The notes: generated by a model from the sequence alone, not told the origin. Positions 36,564 to 45,190 are shown, numbered from the stretch's first letter. The stretch is 54,795 nucleotides of DNA from Thermomicrobiales bacterium (GCA_025928015.1 JAICKJ010000001.1:1-54795), one strand, 5' to 3'. Translations and numbers: made by a program.

Positions 36564-37415
36564 ATGACTGAACGTCGAATGACGGCATCCTTGGCCACCG
36601 TGAGACGCACGACGATCACTGCCGATGAGTCGCAGGAGGCGATTGATGTCTTCGATTCCATCATCACTGCACAGTTGAGTCGAGGATTGGCAGATTTCGA
36701 CAGCGACTTCGCGCGAGTCTCCGATATCACTTTCGGTCCGGACATTGAGGTTCGCGTCACCGCCGACGAGCTGCGCAGATACCGAGATTTCTGGGTTGAA
36801 CAGGAGCTCAAGCGTCCGCTCATACCGTTGACCATTTCCCTGTCGCCTGGCAACCGGCTGATGAGTCCTCCATATGATGTGGATTGGTCATCCGGGAGCG
36901 GAATCGGATTCTTGTCACGATATGATGGTGATCTCTATTCCGTAGGCAATGATGGGTTTTCTGGGGCTGGCGTTGGTATGTTCCTAGAAACATCAACACC
37001 TGTCGCCGTTGCCCTAACTCCCATAGGCACGCAGCGGTACAGTTGGTTCACCATGAGCGGTTTCACCAATACCTTCAGTCGCGGCGGTTTGGGCGTGCTC
37101 GTCTACCAGGTCGGAAACCCGACCCCGCTGGCTTTGCGCGAAGTGACACTATGGGATATTTCTGGAGGACGCGCCAGTTACTCGGGTGACACCGCATCGG
37201 GCTCGATTGCCGATGCGGCTAGTCCAGCCAGCGGTTTCGGTCCGATACCCTTGGCTCCGCTATTGTTCGATATGCAGCCGGGCATCAAGTATCTATTCTG
37301 GGTTTGGATTTGGCAATTCCTTCGGGAGCTTGGCAGCGGAGATTTCTTTGCCATCCAGGATGCCCATGTTTCCCTGATCGAATCGTCCGCCGGACCGCAG
37401 ACGATCATCCATTAA
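36564..37415 (+). CDS. Orphan hypothetical protein (283 aa) in a low-GC patch
   Basis: This is the frame of track ORF 36441..37415. The ATG at 36564 is preceded by GGAGG plus 5 nt. The sequence is beta-rich and Gly/Ser-rich, with no recognisable domain. Sampled lines give about 42-55% G+C. Confidence 0.55.
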   Translation: MTERRMTASLATVRRTTITADESQEAIDVFDSIITAQLSRGLADFDSDFARVSDITFGPDIEVRVTADELRRYRDFWVEQELKRPLIPLTISLSPGNRLMSPPYDVDWSSGSGIGFLSRYDGDLYSVGNDGFSGAGVGMFLETSTPVAVALTPIGTQRYSWFTMSGFTNTFSRGGLGVLVYQVGNPTPLALREVTLWDISGGRASYSGDTASGSIADAASPASGFGPIPLAPLLFDMQPGIKYLFWVWIWQFLRELGSGDFFAIQDAHVSLIESSAGPQTIIH

Positions 37416-37623
37416 CCCAGACGAATCACAAACTGGCAGCGGGGCACCATGCTGGTATCGATCTGGTGTCGAGCCGAACGATTCCCGGAGATGTCACGCA
37501 AACCCGTTCAATCTGCTCTACCTCTGCTCGCCTTAACCGGATGTGCCTCGGGTTCAGCCATCTCGACGAGGCGTGGTGGCTCTCGAGGCCCGTCCCGAGT
37601 GACCTTCACTCCACTTTCGTAGT

Positions 37624-38613
37624 TTATTCGGATCTTTCCTGTCCCCGCAGGATCGCCGCGTAGCGGTCGAGGGCGATGTTGCGGCCGCTGATGACGAGGA
37701 CCGTCGCGCCAACGCCTTGCGTCACCCTGCCCGCCAGCCAGGCGGCGACCGGCGCCGCCCCGGCGCCCTCGACGACCAGCCCCATCCGCTTCGCCAGCCA
37801 GCGGATCGCGTGCTTCAGCTCGGGCTCGCTCACGCTCGTCAGTGGCACGCCGTGCTTGCGCAGGAGCTCGACCGTGATCGACCCCGGCTCGATGTTGCCC
37901 GAGAGGCCATCCGCGATCGTCTCCCCGATCTCGGCGGTCACGGTGTGGCCGGCGTGGACCGAGGAGGAGAGCCCGGGCGACTGCTCCGCTTCCACCCCCA
38001 CCACCCGGATCGCCCGGTTCACGTCCGCTGCCCACCAGGCCAGTCCGGAGAGCAAGCCTCCGCCGCCGGCGCCAGCCACGACGGTCAGGCCGGCTACCGT
38101 CGGCAACTGAATCCGCAGCTCGCGGCCGATCGTCGCCTGCCCGGCGATGACGTGCGGATCGTTGTAGGGCGAGACGTAGACCATGCCGTGTTCGCCCATG
38201 CCGATGCCATGACCCTCCGCCTCGTCATAATTCGCGCCGTGCTGGATCAGCGTCACCGGCAAGCGAGAGAGCGCGTCCCACTTCGCGGAAGAAACCGTTT
38301 CCGCCACCACGATCGTCGCGGAGATCCCCAACCGTTGCGCCGCCCAGGCGACGCCGAGCGCGTGATTGCCGGCCGAGGCCGTGACCACCGGTTTGCCCGG
38401 CTGCTGCTCCTTCACGCTCGCCAGCGCCGCGAGCGCCCCCCGCACCTTGAACGACCCGGTCGGCTGCATCGTCTCCAGCTTCAGCCAGACGTTCTCGCCC
38501 AGCTCCGGCGCGGATACCAGGGGCGTCGACCGCAGGCAGCGGGCGACGATCGACGCGGCGTCGATGAAGTCGTTCTGGTTCGGGCGTCGGACCTCGCGTA
38601 CGGCATGTGTCAC
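37624..38613 (-). CDS. PLP-dependent threonine/serine dehydratase-family enzyme
   Basis: 329 aa. The PLP-lysine motif 'PTGSFKVRGA' is present, along with 'ASAGNHA' and the glycine loop 'GAGGGGL'. Confidence 0.8.
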   Translation of the reverse strand: MTHAVREVRRPNQNDFIDAASIVARCLRSTPLVSAPELGENVWLKLETMQPTGSFKVRGALAALASVKEQQPGKPVVTASAGNHALGVAWAAQRLGISATIVVAETVSSAKWDALSRLPVTLIQHGANYDEAEGHGIGMGEHGMVYVSPYNDPHVIAGQATIGRELRIQLPTVAGLTVVAGAGGGGLLSGLAWWAADVNRAIRVVGVEAEQSPGLSSSVHAGHTVTAEIGETIADGLSGNIEPGSITVELLRKHGVPLTSVSEPELKHAIRWLAKRMGLVVEGAGAAPVAAWLAGRVTQGVGATVLVISGRNIALDRYAAILRGQERSE

Positions 38614-38873
38614 CGGACATCCTCCCCATCCGCGTCCTCGCGGTCGTTCCGCGCCCGCAGCGGCGCGGCCGTCGCATCATGGTCCCCGCTCTCATCGCCC
38701 GAAGCCGGCGATGCGTCGCTCTCGGAATCATCATCGATGAACCGGTCCGGAAAGCGCAGCCAGCGGAGCGCCGTCCGCACCACGACGACGACCATGACCA
38801 GGCCGGCCGCGATCTTCACCACTCCTTCGAGAATCCCGAAGCTCGCCCCTTGCCGCAGGCTATCCCAATCCAT
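38610..38873 (-). CDS. Small membrane protein (87 aa; one TM plus acidic tail)
   Basis: The TM is 'IAAGLVMVVVVV'. The stop overlaps the downstream dehydratase start as GTGA. No family recognised. Confidence 0.4.
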   Translation of the reverse strand: MDWDSLRQGASFGILEGVVKIAAGLVMVVVVVRTALRWLRFPDRFIDDDSESDASPASGDESGDHDATAAPLRARNDREDADGEDVR

Positions 38874-39058
38874 GCTGGACCCGATCTCGCGTCCAGATCC
38901 GCATATTCATGCTGATCGCCGAATTCCTCATGTCACACTATCACGATTTGTGCGTCCATTGGGATTTGGCCGCCGGATGAACAGCGGTGCACAATGGGCA
39001 TGATGACGGCTCGATGGGTGAGAACGCTCGCTCACGATCCCGCTGAGGTCCATTCACC

Positions 39059-40447
39059 ATGACGTTGCGGCGGCTCAAATGGCTGACGATCCTGGCGCCC
39101 CTGCTCTTTCTGGCGGCGCTGGAGCTGCTGCGCGTCTTCGTGCAGCCGGCCCTTTTTCGCGCCTGGCCGGGCTACCTCCTCCTCGCCGGGCTGGTCGTCC
39201 TCGGCACGCTCTTCTTTTCGGAAGCGATCTTCTCCGTCATCGAGCGCTTGCAACGCCAGCTCCGGCGGCAGAACGAGGAGCTGCTCGCGCTCCATGGCGC
39301 CGGGCTGGCCGTCGTCGGCGAGCTCGATCTCGACGCCGTGCTGCAGCGGGTGGTCGATCGCGCCCGGGACCTCGTCGGCGCCCGCTATGGCGCCCTGACC
39401 TACATGCGCGGCGAGGGCGACCGGCCGGCGTTGATCACCTCCGGCATCACGCTGGCCGAACGGCACGCGATCGGGCCGGATCCGGCCGGCCACGGCCTGC
39501 TCGGCCTGGTCCTGCAGGAGGGCCAACGCCTGCGCCTGGCCGATCTGACCCAACACCCGCTCTCGGTCGGTTTTCCGCCGCACCACCCACCGATGAAATC
39601 GCTCCTCGCCGTGCCGATCCGCTCGTCCGGCGGTGTGCTCGGCGATCTCTACCTGACCGAGAAGGTGGGCGCGCCGGAGTTCGACCAGGAGGACGAGGAC
39701 GCGCTCGCCCGCTTCGGGACCGTCGCCGCCATGGCGATCGAGAACGCCGTGCTCCACCATCAGGTGCAGGTGCTGGCCGTCACGCAGGAGCGTGAGCGCA
39801 TCGCCCGTGAGATGCACGACAGCCTCGCCCAGGTGCTTGGCTATGTGAACACGAAGGCCCAGGCGGCGCAGGCGTTACTCGACCGGGGCGAGGAGGTGCG
39901 CGCCTCCGCCCAGATCGGCCAGCTCGCCGAGGCGGCGCGCGCCGCCTACGCCGATGTGCGGGAGGACATCCTCGCGCTGCGCACGTCGCTCGACGATCCG
40001 GAAGGGTTCGTCGGGCCCCTGCGCCAGTACCTGGAACACTGGCAGGACCAGAGCGGGGTCCGCATCACCCTGGACGTGCCGGATGTGCCGCTGCCGCCGA
40101 TCGACTCGATCGCCGAGGTCCAGTTACTGCGGATCATCCAGGAATCGCTCGCCAACGTGCGCAAGCACGCCCGGGCGGATCGGGTCGTGGTCCGCTTGCG
40201 CCCGGCGGATGCCGCGCTGGTCGCCGTGGTGCGGGACAACGGCGCCGGCTTCGACCCCGCGCGGCTCGGGCATTCCGACTTCCCCCGCTTCGGCCTCTCC
40301 ACGATGCGCGAACGGGCCGAGGGCGTCGGCGGCTCGCTGACCGTCGCTTCCGCGCCCGGCGTGGGCACGACCGTCAGTGTCCGCATCCCGGCCGCGACCG
40401 CGGGCGCCATCAATCGAGGAGCATCCTTTGCGCGTACTCATCGCTGA
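39059..40447 (+). CDS. GAF-domain sensor histidine kinase (HisKA_3 / NarX-DegS type)
   Basis: 462 aa. It has two N-terminal TM segments and a GAF region. The H-box is 'RIAREMHDSLAQ' and the ATPase motifs are 'VRDNGAGF' and 'PGVGTTV'. Confidence 0.85.
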   Translation: MTLRRLKWLTILAPLLFLAALELLRVFVQPALFRAWPGYLLLAGLVVLGTLFFSEAIFSVIERLQRQLRRQNEELLALHGAGLAVVGELDLDAVLQRVVDRARDLVGARYGALTYMRGEGDRPALITSGITLAERHAIGPDPAGHGLLGLVLQEGQRLRLADLTQHPLSVGFPPHHPPMKSLLAVPIRSSGGVLGDLYLTEKVGAPEFDQEDEDALARFGTVAAMAIENAVLHHQVQVLAVTQERERIAREMHDSLAQVLGYVNTKAQAAQALLDRGEEVRASAQIGQLAEAARAAYADVREDILALRTSLDDPEGFVGPLRQYLEHWQDQSGVRITLDVPDVPLPPIDSIAEVQLLRIIQESLANVRKHARADRVVVRLRPADAALVAVVRDNGAGFDPARLGHSDFPRFGLSTMRERAEGVGGSLTVASAPGVGTTVSVRIPAATAGAINRGASFARTHR

Positions 40448-41075
40448 CGACCACGCCCTCTTTCGCGACGGGCTGCGGAGCCTGCTGGAGGCTCGCGGGG
40501 TCGACGTCGTCGCCGAGGCTCGCACCGGCCGGGAAGCGGTCATCCTCACCCGTCAGCACAAGCCCGAGATCGTCCTCATGGATCTGACGATGCCTGAGAT
40601 GAACGGTCTGGACGCGACCCGTCTCATCAGCGCCGAGCTGCCGGATGTCCGCGTGGTCGTGCTCACGGCGTCCGAGGAGGACAACGATCTCTTCGAGGCG
40701 GTCAAGGGCGGCGCGCAGGGGTTCCTGCGCAAGGACCTGGAGGCGGAGACCTTTTTCAGCCTGCTGGAGGGCGTCACCCGGGGCGAGCCGGCCCTGACGC
40801 CGCAGCTCGCTCGCAAGGTCTTGCGCGAGTTCGGCCGCGCCAGCGCCAGGCCCGCGCCGAAACCCGTGGAGACGCTGACCGAGCGGGAGCGCGAAGTGCT
40901 CGAGCTGCTGGTCGAGGGCGTGACCTCCAACCGCGACCTCGCCGCGCGTCTCTTTGTGAGCGAGAACACCATCAAGTATCACCTGCGCAACATCCTGGAC
41001 AAGCTCCACGTCCAGAACCGCGCCCAGGTGATCGCCTACGCGCTGCGCCACGGCCTCGTCGACCCCGCCGGCTAA
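40428..41075 (+). CDS. NarL/FixJ-family response regulator (LuxR-type HTH)
   Basis: This is the frame of track ORF 40377..41075. The start is a TTG at 40428, preceded by AGGAG plus 6 nt. 'RVLIADDHALFRDGL' and 'LTEREREVLELLVEGVTSNRDLAARLFVSENTIKYHLRNI' are present. Confidence 0.9.
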   Translation: MRVLIADDHALFRDGLRSLLEARGVDVVAEARTGREAVILTRQHKPEIVLMDLTMPEMNGLDATRLISAELPDVRVVVLTASEEDNDLFEAVKGGAQGFLRKDLEAETFFSLLEGVTRGEPALTPQLARKVLREFGRASARPAPKPVETLTEREREVLELLVEGVTSNRDLAARLFVSENTIKYHLRNILDKLHVQNRAQVIAYALRHGLVDPAG

Positions 41076-41151
41076 TCTAGTATTTGCCGCGTACAGACGA
41101 TGATGGATCGATCTATAGGAGGGCAGAGCGCGCCATGCACAGCCAAGGTCA

Positions 41152-41871
41152 CTAGTCTTGCGATGGATGAGCGATGGGTCGCCGAACCCAGTAGTTCTCA
41201 ATGCAAGCTCGAACGGAATCTGCGGCTGCTAGCAAGAGCGCTGCGTCTTCCCGGGTGGGACGAGCTCCCGCATTAAGTGCAGCAACGGCATGAGACGTGT
41301 CTCGATATTCCATCACGCCATTGATGAGATTAATGCGATGAGCCTCGATCAGGCCACTTGCCTGAGCAAGTGCGATTAGCTGAGGCAAACTCAACCTGTT
41401 CCACCGAGGTTCAGCGCCGCTGAATCGAGATTTAGATAGCTCGTTCCACTTCGTGTTGAATCCGTCGTTTGAGCGCATATTGGGATCGCTCAAGACACTG
41501 TACAAGAGACCTTCAATAACACCGGAAGACAGTAGGGCAGAAGCCTTGAACGCACCAGCATTTAGGGCCAACTTCGCCTCAAGATAGTCAGCAGTCAAGA
41601 GTCCACGAAGCTCGTCATCAGGCATGAAAGAGAAACTCGGCTGATCATGGAGAGCAACGGCATCACCATATTCATCAGTCGAAGTATGCGTCGGTGTGCT
41701 GAAGCTCTGCTCGAATTGCATTTGAAGCGCTTCGACTTCTGACACACGAGTAAGGCGAACTAGTCCCCAATAGGTGGCTGATATTGCAGTTACTTCATTG
41801 CCGTCACCAATGTGAAACCCGATGTAGCCCCCTCGAAGGGCATGTCCGCCCAAGTCGCGTAGCAATCTCAA
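41152..41871 (-). CDS. Hypothetical protein in a low-GC cassette; C-terminal half resembles DUF4145/HEPN-like helical domains
   Basis: 239 aa from a TTG start, which is uncertain. Two sampled lines give about 47-50% G+C. The helical segments 'DYLEAKLALNAGAFKASALLSSGVIEGLLYSVL' and 'LPQLIALAQASGLIEAHRINLINGVMEYRDTSHA' are the basis for the resemblance. Confidence 0.5.
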   Translation of the reverse strand: MRLLRDLGGHALRGGYIGFHIGDGNEVTAISATYWGLVRLTRVSEVEALQMQFEQSFSTPTHTSTDEYGDAVALHDQPSFSFMPDDELRGLLTADYLEAKLALNAGAFKASALLSSGVIEGLLYSVLSDPNMRSNDGFNTKWNELSKSRFSGAEPRWNRLSLPQLIALAQASGLIEAHRINLINGVMEYRDTSHAVAALNAGARPTREDAALLLAAADSVRACIENYWVRRPIAHPSQD

Positions 41872-41935
41872 ATCGTTCTGGTGTGGTCTGCCAGTCCAAG
41901 TGCTCTAGAATCATTTCAATTGGAATAGGCTTGCA

Positions 41936-42346
41936 TTAGGAGTAGCGTTCTGTTCGAATCTCACTAAGGCGATTCACGGAGGAAATCAGAGCAAGCTCGT
42001 CCTCTTCTAGCTGGTCCAGATGATCCCAGATCCAAGATTGGTGCCATCTCTCGACGCCTTCACGTCCTGCGCGTGTGAGCAGGAACGGACCATAAGAACG
42101 GGCCCAGAAGCCCTTCACTTCTATTCGGCCTTCTTGGTCCAATACTGATAGAGCCTGCCGAACCGCCGTCATCTCGGGATTGCCTTGATAGCCAGAAGCG
42201 AGGGCAGAATCATCTCCATAAATGCTCTCTGCTACGTCCTCCATCGAGAAACCCTCAAGTCTTATCTCCTTCGACTGCTTATTGAGAGCGATGAGAACAT
42301 CAAGTACCTGGTCGCACCACTCGATAAAGTCCATCTCATCCCTCAT
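41936..42346 (-). CDS. Hypothetical protein (136 aa), possible winged-helix fold, low-GC cassette
   Basis: ATG start. 'MTAVRQALSVLDQEGRIEVKGF...LLTRAGREG' is wHTH-like. It lies on the same strand and immediately upstream of 41152..41871. Confidence 0.5.
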   Translation of the reverse strand: MRDEMDFIEWCDQVLDVLIALNKQSKEIRLEGFSMEDVAESIYGDDSALASGYQGNPEMTAVRQALSVLDQEGRIEVKGFWARSYGPFLLTRAGREGVERWHQSWIWDHLDQLEEDELALISSVNRLSEIRTERYS

Positions 42347-42644
42347 GAGCCCAATACCAGCTCAGCTGATGCAGAGCAAGACGCCTGATCGCTCGATCTC
42401 CGACGCAATACCGCTTCCCACATTTCTATCGCAATTATGGCTCCGTCTGCATGCAATCGCTCGAAATCAGATTTGGCTGCGTATTGCGAGGTTCGTAGGG
42501 GCAGTCGAATCGCTGGTCCCCACCCGTTCGGGTAGGCGCCGGCCCACCCCCCAGCCGCCTTCACAAACCACCCGCCCCACCGGGGTTTGCCGCATCCCCG
42601 CCGCCTACGCTTGAGGCAGGCTCGAGCAGGGAGGTCTGCGGGCG

Positions 42645-43073
42645 ATGGGAACGAACTGGCGCGGAGCAGCGCCAACGGTGCCAATCGAACATCTGTTGAC
42701 CGACCTCCGGTTCGCCGGTTTCTGGGCCCTGGTCCGCGTCCTCCTCGGGTGGATGTGGCTGCAGGCCGGTTGGCGGATGGCGCAGGACTCCGGCGGGATG
42801 CATGGCGACCGGCTGGCGTGGATTGTGGGGATCGCCGCCACATTGCTTGGGATCGCCGTCATTCTCGGGTGCCTGACGGGCCCGGCCATTCTCCTGGGAA
42901 GTCTGGTCGTGCTCGTCGCCATCACGCCGCCGGCCCTGCCCGTGGTCGCGCTCCAGCTCGCCGCTGTCGTCGGGCTGGTCGCGGCCCGGCGATCGGCCGG
43001 CTGGATCGGCATCGACCGTTGGTTGCTTCCCCTGCTGTCGGAGTGGCGACGGCATCACAAGACACCGGATTGA
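42645..43073 (+). CDS. DoxX/DoxD-like membrane protein
   Basis: 142 aa with four hydrophobic segments ('RVLLGWMWLQAGW', 'IVGIAATLLGIAVILG'). It lies upstream of the multicopper oxidase. Confidence 0.5.
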   Translation: MGTNWRGAAPTVPIEHLLTDLRFAGFWALVRVLLGWMWLQAGWRMAQDSGGMHGDRLAWIVGIAATLLGIAVILGCLTGPAILLGSLVVLVAITPPALPVVALQLAAVVGLVAARRSAGWIGIDRWLLPLLSEWRRHHKTPD

Positions 43074-43081
43074 GACCAGGC

Positions 43082-43113
43082 GCCGCGCAACCGGCGCGGC
43101 TTGCGCCCTTTTT
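43082..43113 (+). terminator. Weak GC hairpins followed by a T5 run after the DoxX-like gene
   Basis: The first hairpin is GCCGCGC-AACCG-GCGCGGC. A second, GGCGC-GGCTT-GCGCC, follows and is trailed by CTTTTT. Confidence 0.4.
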
Positions 43114-43132
43114 CGGGATAAGGAGAGAGATC

Positions 43133-44200
43133 GTGGAGTTCCGTACTTCATCGTTTACCCGCCGCAGTTTCGCTGGTCTGCTCGGCCTCGCCGGGCTGGG
43201 CGGCGCCGCCTCGGCCCTCGGCCCGAATACCTCGACGAAGGCCAATCAGGAGCCCGCGTCGCCGCCGGCGCACGACATGGAGATGGGCGCCGCATCGGCC
43301 GCGACCGCACCGTCCGACCAGCCGTCAGCCGACGAGATGGACCGGATGCACGAGGCGGGAATGCGCCTCTTCCCGGCCAGGACCGAAGGGCTCGGCGGGC
43401 AGCCGCTCGCGTACGAAATGGACGGCGACGTCAAGGTCTTTCAGCTCACCTGCAAGGTCGTAAAGTGGGAGTTCGAGCCGGGCAAGTTCATGGATGCCTG
43501 GACCTACAACGGCGTCGTCCCCGGCCCGGAGATTCGCGCCACCGAGGGCGACAAGGTCCGCATCTACGTCAAGAACGAGCTGCCGCAGAGCACCGGCGTC
43601 CACTGGCACGGCTTGATGCTGCCGAACAGCATGGACGGTGTGCCGTTCATGACCCAGCCGCCAATCAAGCCGGGCGGGTCGTTCACCTACGAATTCCAAT
43701 TGCGCGAGGGCAACGCCGGGGCACACATGTACCACGCCCACCACAACTCGGCCTTCCAGGTCACCAATGGCCTGCTCGGCCCCTTCATCGTCGACCCGAA
43801 GGATCGGTCCACCCGGCCGAAGCACGACCGCGAGTACACGCTGGTGCTGAACGACGGTCCGATCGGCGGGTTCAGCATCAACGGCAAGTCCTTCCCGGCC
43901 ACGCATCCACTGACAGCGAAGAAGGGCGAGACCATCCTGATTCGCTACATGAACGAAGGGCTGATGATCCACCCGATGCACCTGCACGGGATGCCGATGA
44001 CCGTCTTCGCCCAGGACGGCTACATGCTGCCGCAGCCCTACATGTGCGACACGCTGAACATCGCGCCGGGCCAGCGCTTCGAGGTGCTCGTCCACGCGAC
44101 CGAGCCCGGCACCTGGGCCTTCCACTGCCACATCCTGAGCCACGCCGAGAGCGAGCATGGCATGTTCGGCATGGTGACCGCGCTCATCGTCGAGCCGTAG
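43133..44200 (+). CDS. Two-domain multicopper oxidase, Tat-exported
   Basis: This is the frame of track ORF 42587..44200. The start is a GTG at 43133, preceded by AAGGAGAGAG. It has the Tat signal 'FTRRSFAGLLGLAG'. Copper ligand motifs are 'HWHG', 'HMYHAHH', 'HPMHLHG' and 'HCHILSHAESEHGM'. Confidence 0.85.
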   Translation: MEFRTSSFTRRSFAGLLGLAGLGGAASALGPNTSTKANQEPASPPAHDMEMGAASAATAPSDQPSADEMDRMHEAGMRLFPARTEGLGGQPLAYEMDGDVKVFQLTCKVVKWEFEPGKFMDAWTYNGVVPGPEIRATEGDKVRIYVKNELPQSTGVHWHGLMLPNSMDGVPFMTQPPIKPGGSFTYEFQLREGNAGAHMYHAHHNSAFQVTNGLLGPFIVDPKDRSTRPKHDREYTLVLNDGPIGGFSINGKSFPATHPLTAKKGETILIRYMNEGLMIHPMHLHGMPMTVFAQDGYMLPQPYMCDTLNIAPGQRFEVLVHATEPGTWAFHCHILSHAESEHGMFGMVTALIVEP

Positions 44201-44281
44201 CGCCGGCGTGCCATACTCGAACCGGTAGACCTGACCGCGACCGGCCCGGCGCCTCCGCCGGGCCGGTCGCGTGCTGAGGAG

Positions 44282-44758
44282 GTGGTGATGGACCGGCTGA
44301 CGACGGTGATGGTGCGAGCGGCGTTGCTCTGGCTGTTGCTCGGGATCATCCTCGGTGGGGCGATGCTGACCGACCGGCTCTTGCCCGGCGATTGGGTCGT
44401 CTGGTTCGCGCCGACCCACGGGCACATCCTCTTCGTCGGCTGGTTCCTGCAATTCGCGATCGGCATCGCTTACTGGCTGCTGCCGCGCAAGCGGAGCAAC
44501 CCGGCGCGGCCGCTCGGCTACCGCGAGAATCTCGCCTTCGCCGCCGTCGTCGGGCTCAACCTCGGCTTGGCATTGCGGGTGATCGCCGAGCCATTGGAGC
44601 ACGCTGGCCACGCCAGCGATATCACCCTGACATTGCTGACGATCTCCGCGATCCTCCAGATCGCATCCATCGCCACCTTCGTCGTCGAACTCTGGCCCCG
44701 CGTCGCCCCCCGCCGCCCCCGTCCCGCCCCGGAGAAGGCGAGGGCCGCCAGGTCGTGA
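44282..44758 (+). CDS. Four-TM membrane protein of unknown function (conserved His pair 'THGH')
   Basis: 158 aa. A GAGGAGG SD is present, and the ATG at 44288 is an alternative start. It lies 80 nt downstream of the oxidase. Confidence 0.55.
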   Translation: MVMDRLTTVMVRAALLWLLLGIILGGAMLTDRLLPGDWVVWFAPTHGHILFVGWFLQFAIGIAYWLLPRKRSNPARPLGYRENLAFAAVVGLNLGLALRVIAEPLEHAGHASDITLTLLTISAILQIASIATFVVELWPRVAPRRPRPAPEKARAARS

Positions 44759-44867
44759 TGGTGGCGCGCGAGGTCAAGCAGAACTGCGCGATGCAACAGA
44801 GGGATGTGGGGCGACCTGGCGTGGTCGCCTGCGTCGCCGCCAATCCGTTGCCCTTGCCAATCCCGCC

Positions 44868-45127
44868 CCATCATCCCGAGCGCAGACGAGGAGCCTGCCC
44901 TGAGCCTGCCGAAGGGATCTCCCGCCACAGCGGCTACCGCGGCCAACACGAATGTTGCCTCTTCCCAATCCCTTCATCGTCATGCTGACCAGCGGGAAGC
45001 ATCCCCCGGCGAAGCCGGTCCGCGGAGCGGACAAACGCCCTGCCGGGGAGATGCTTCGACTCTGCTCAGCATGACGACCAAGGAAAGCGCTTCGCGCGGG
45101 GATGCCTCGCTGCGCTCAGAATGACGG
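44868..45127. repeat. Cluster of REP/MITE-like palindromic units (same family as 24095..24227, plus a 'CATCCCGAGCGCAG...GAAGGGATCT' unit)
   Basis: Perfect 12-bp inverted repeats are present: TCGTCATGCTGA (44977-44988) and TCAGCATGACGA (45066-45077). A solo arm TCAGAATGACGG lies at 45116-45127. The shared 18-mer CGCTTCGCGCGGGGATGC is also here. Confidence 0.7.
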
Positions 45128-45190
45128 CGTTATGGCTTGCGTAAGCGGGAAACGGATCGATTGCGAGAAGCGGCCGCATGCCGCGCGTCC

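Noticed and set aside
37416-37623. A possible small gene or mobile-element scar in the 210-nt gap after the orphan gene.
   Set aside because: It contains only very short ORFs (for example MAEPEAHPVKASRGRAD). I could see no inverted or direct repeats and no integrase or transposase similarity.
42481-42530. A tRNA 3'-end-like stretch (GGGGCAGTCGAATCGCTGGTCCCCACC) next to the low-GC cassette, as a possible att-site remnant.
   Set aside because: The T-loop-like TCGAATC lacks the first T. The flanking 5-nt segments do not pair (GGCAG versus GCTGG). There is no CCA, no full tRNA nearby, and no matching direct repeat on the other side of the cassette.
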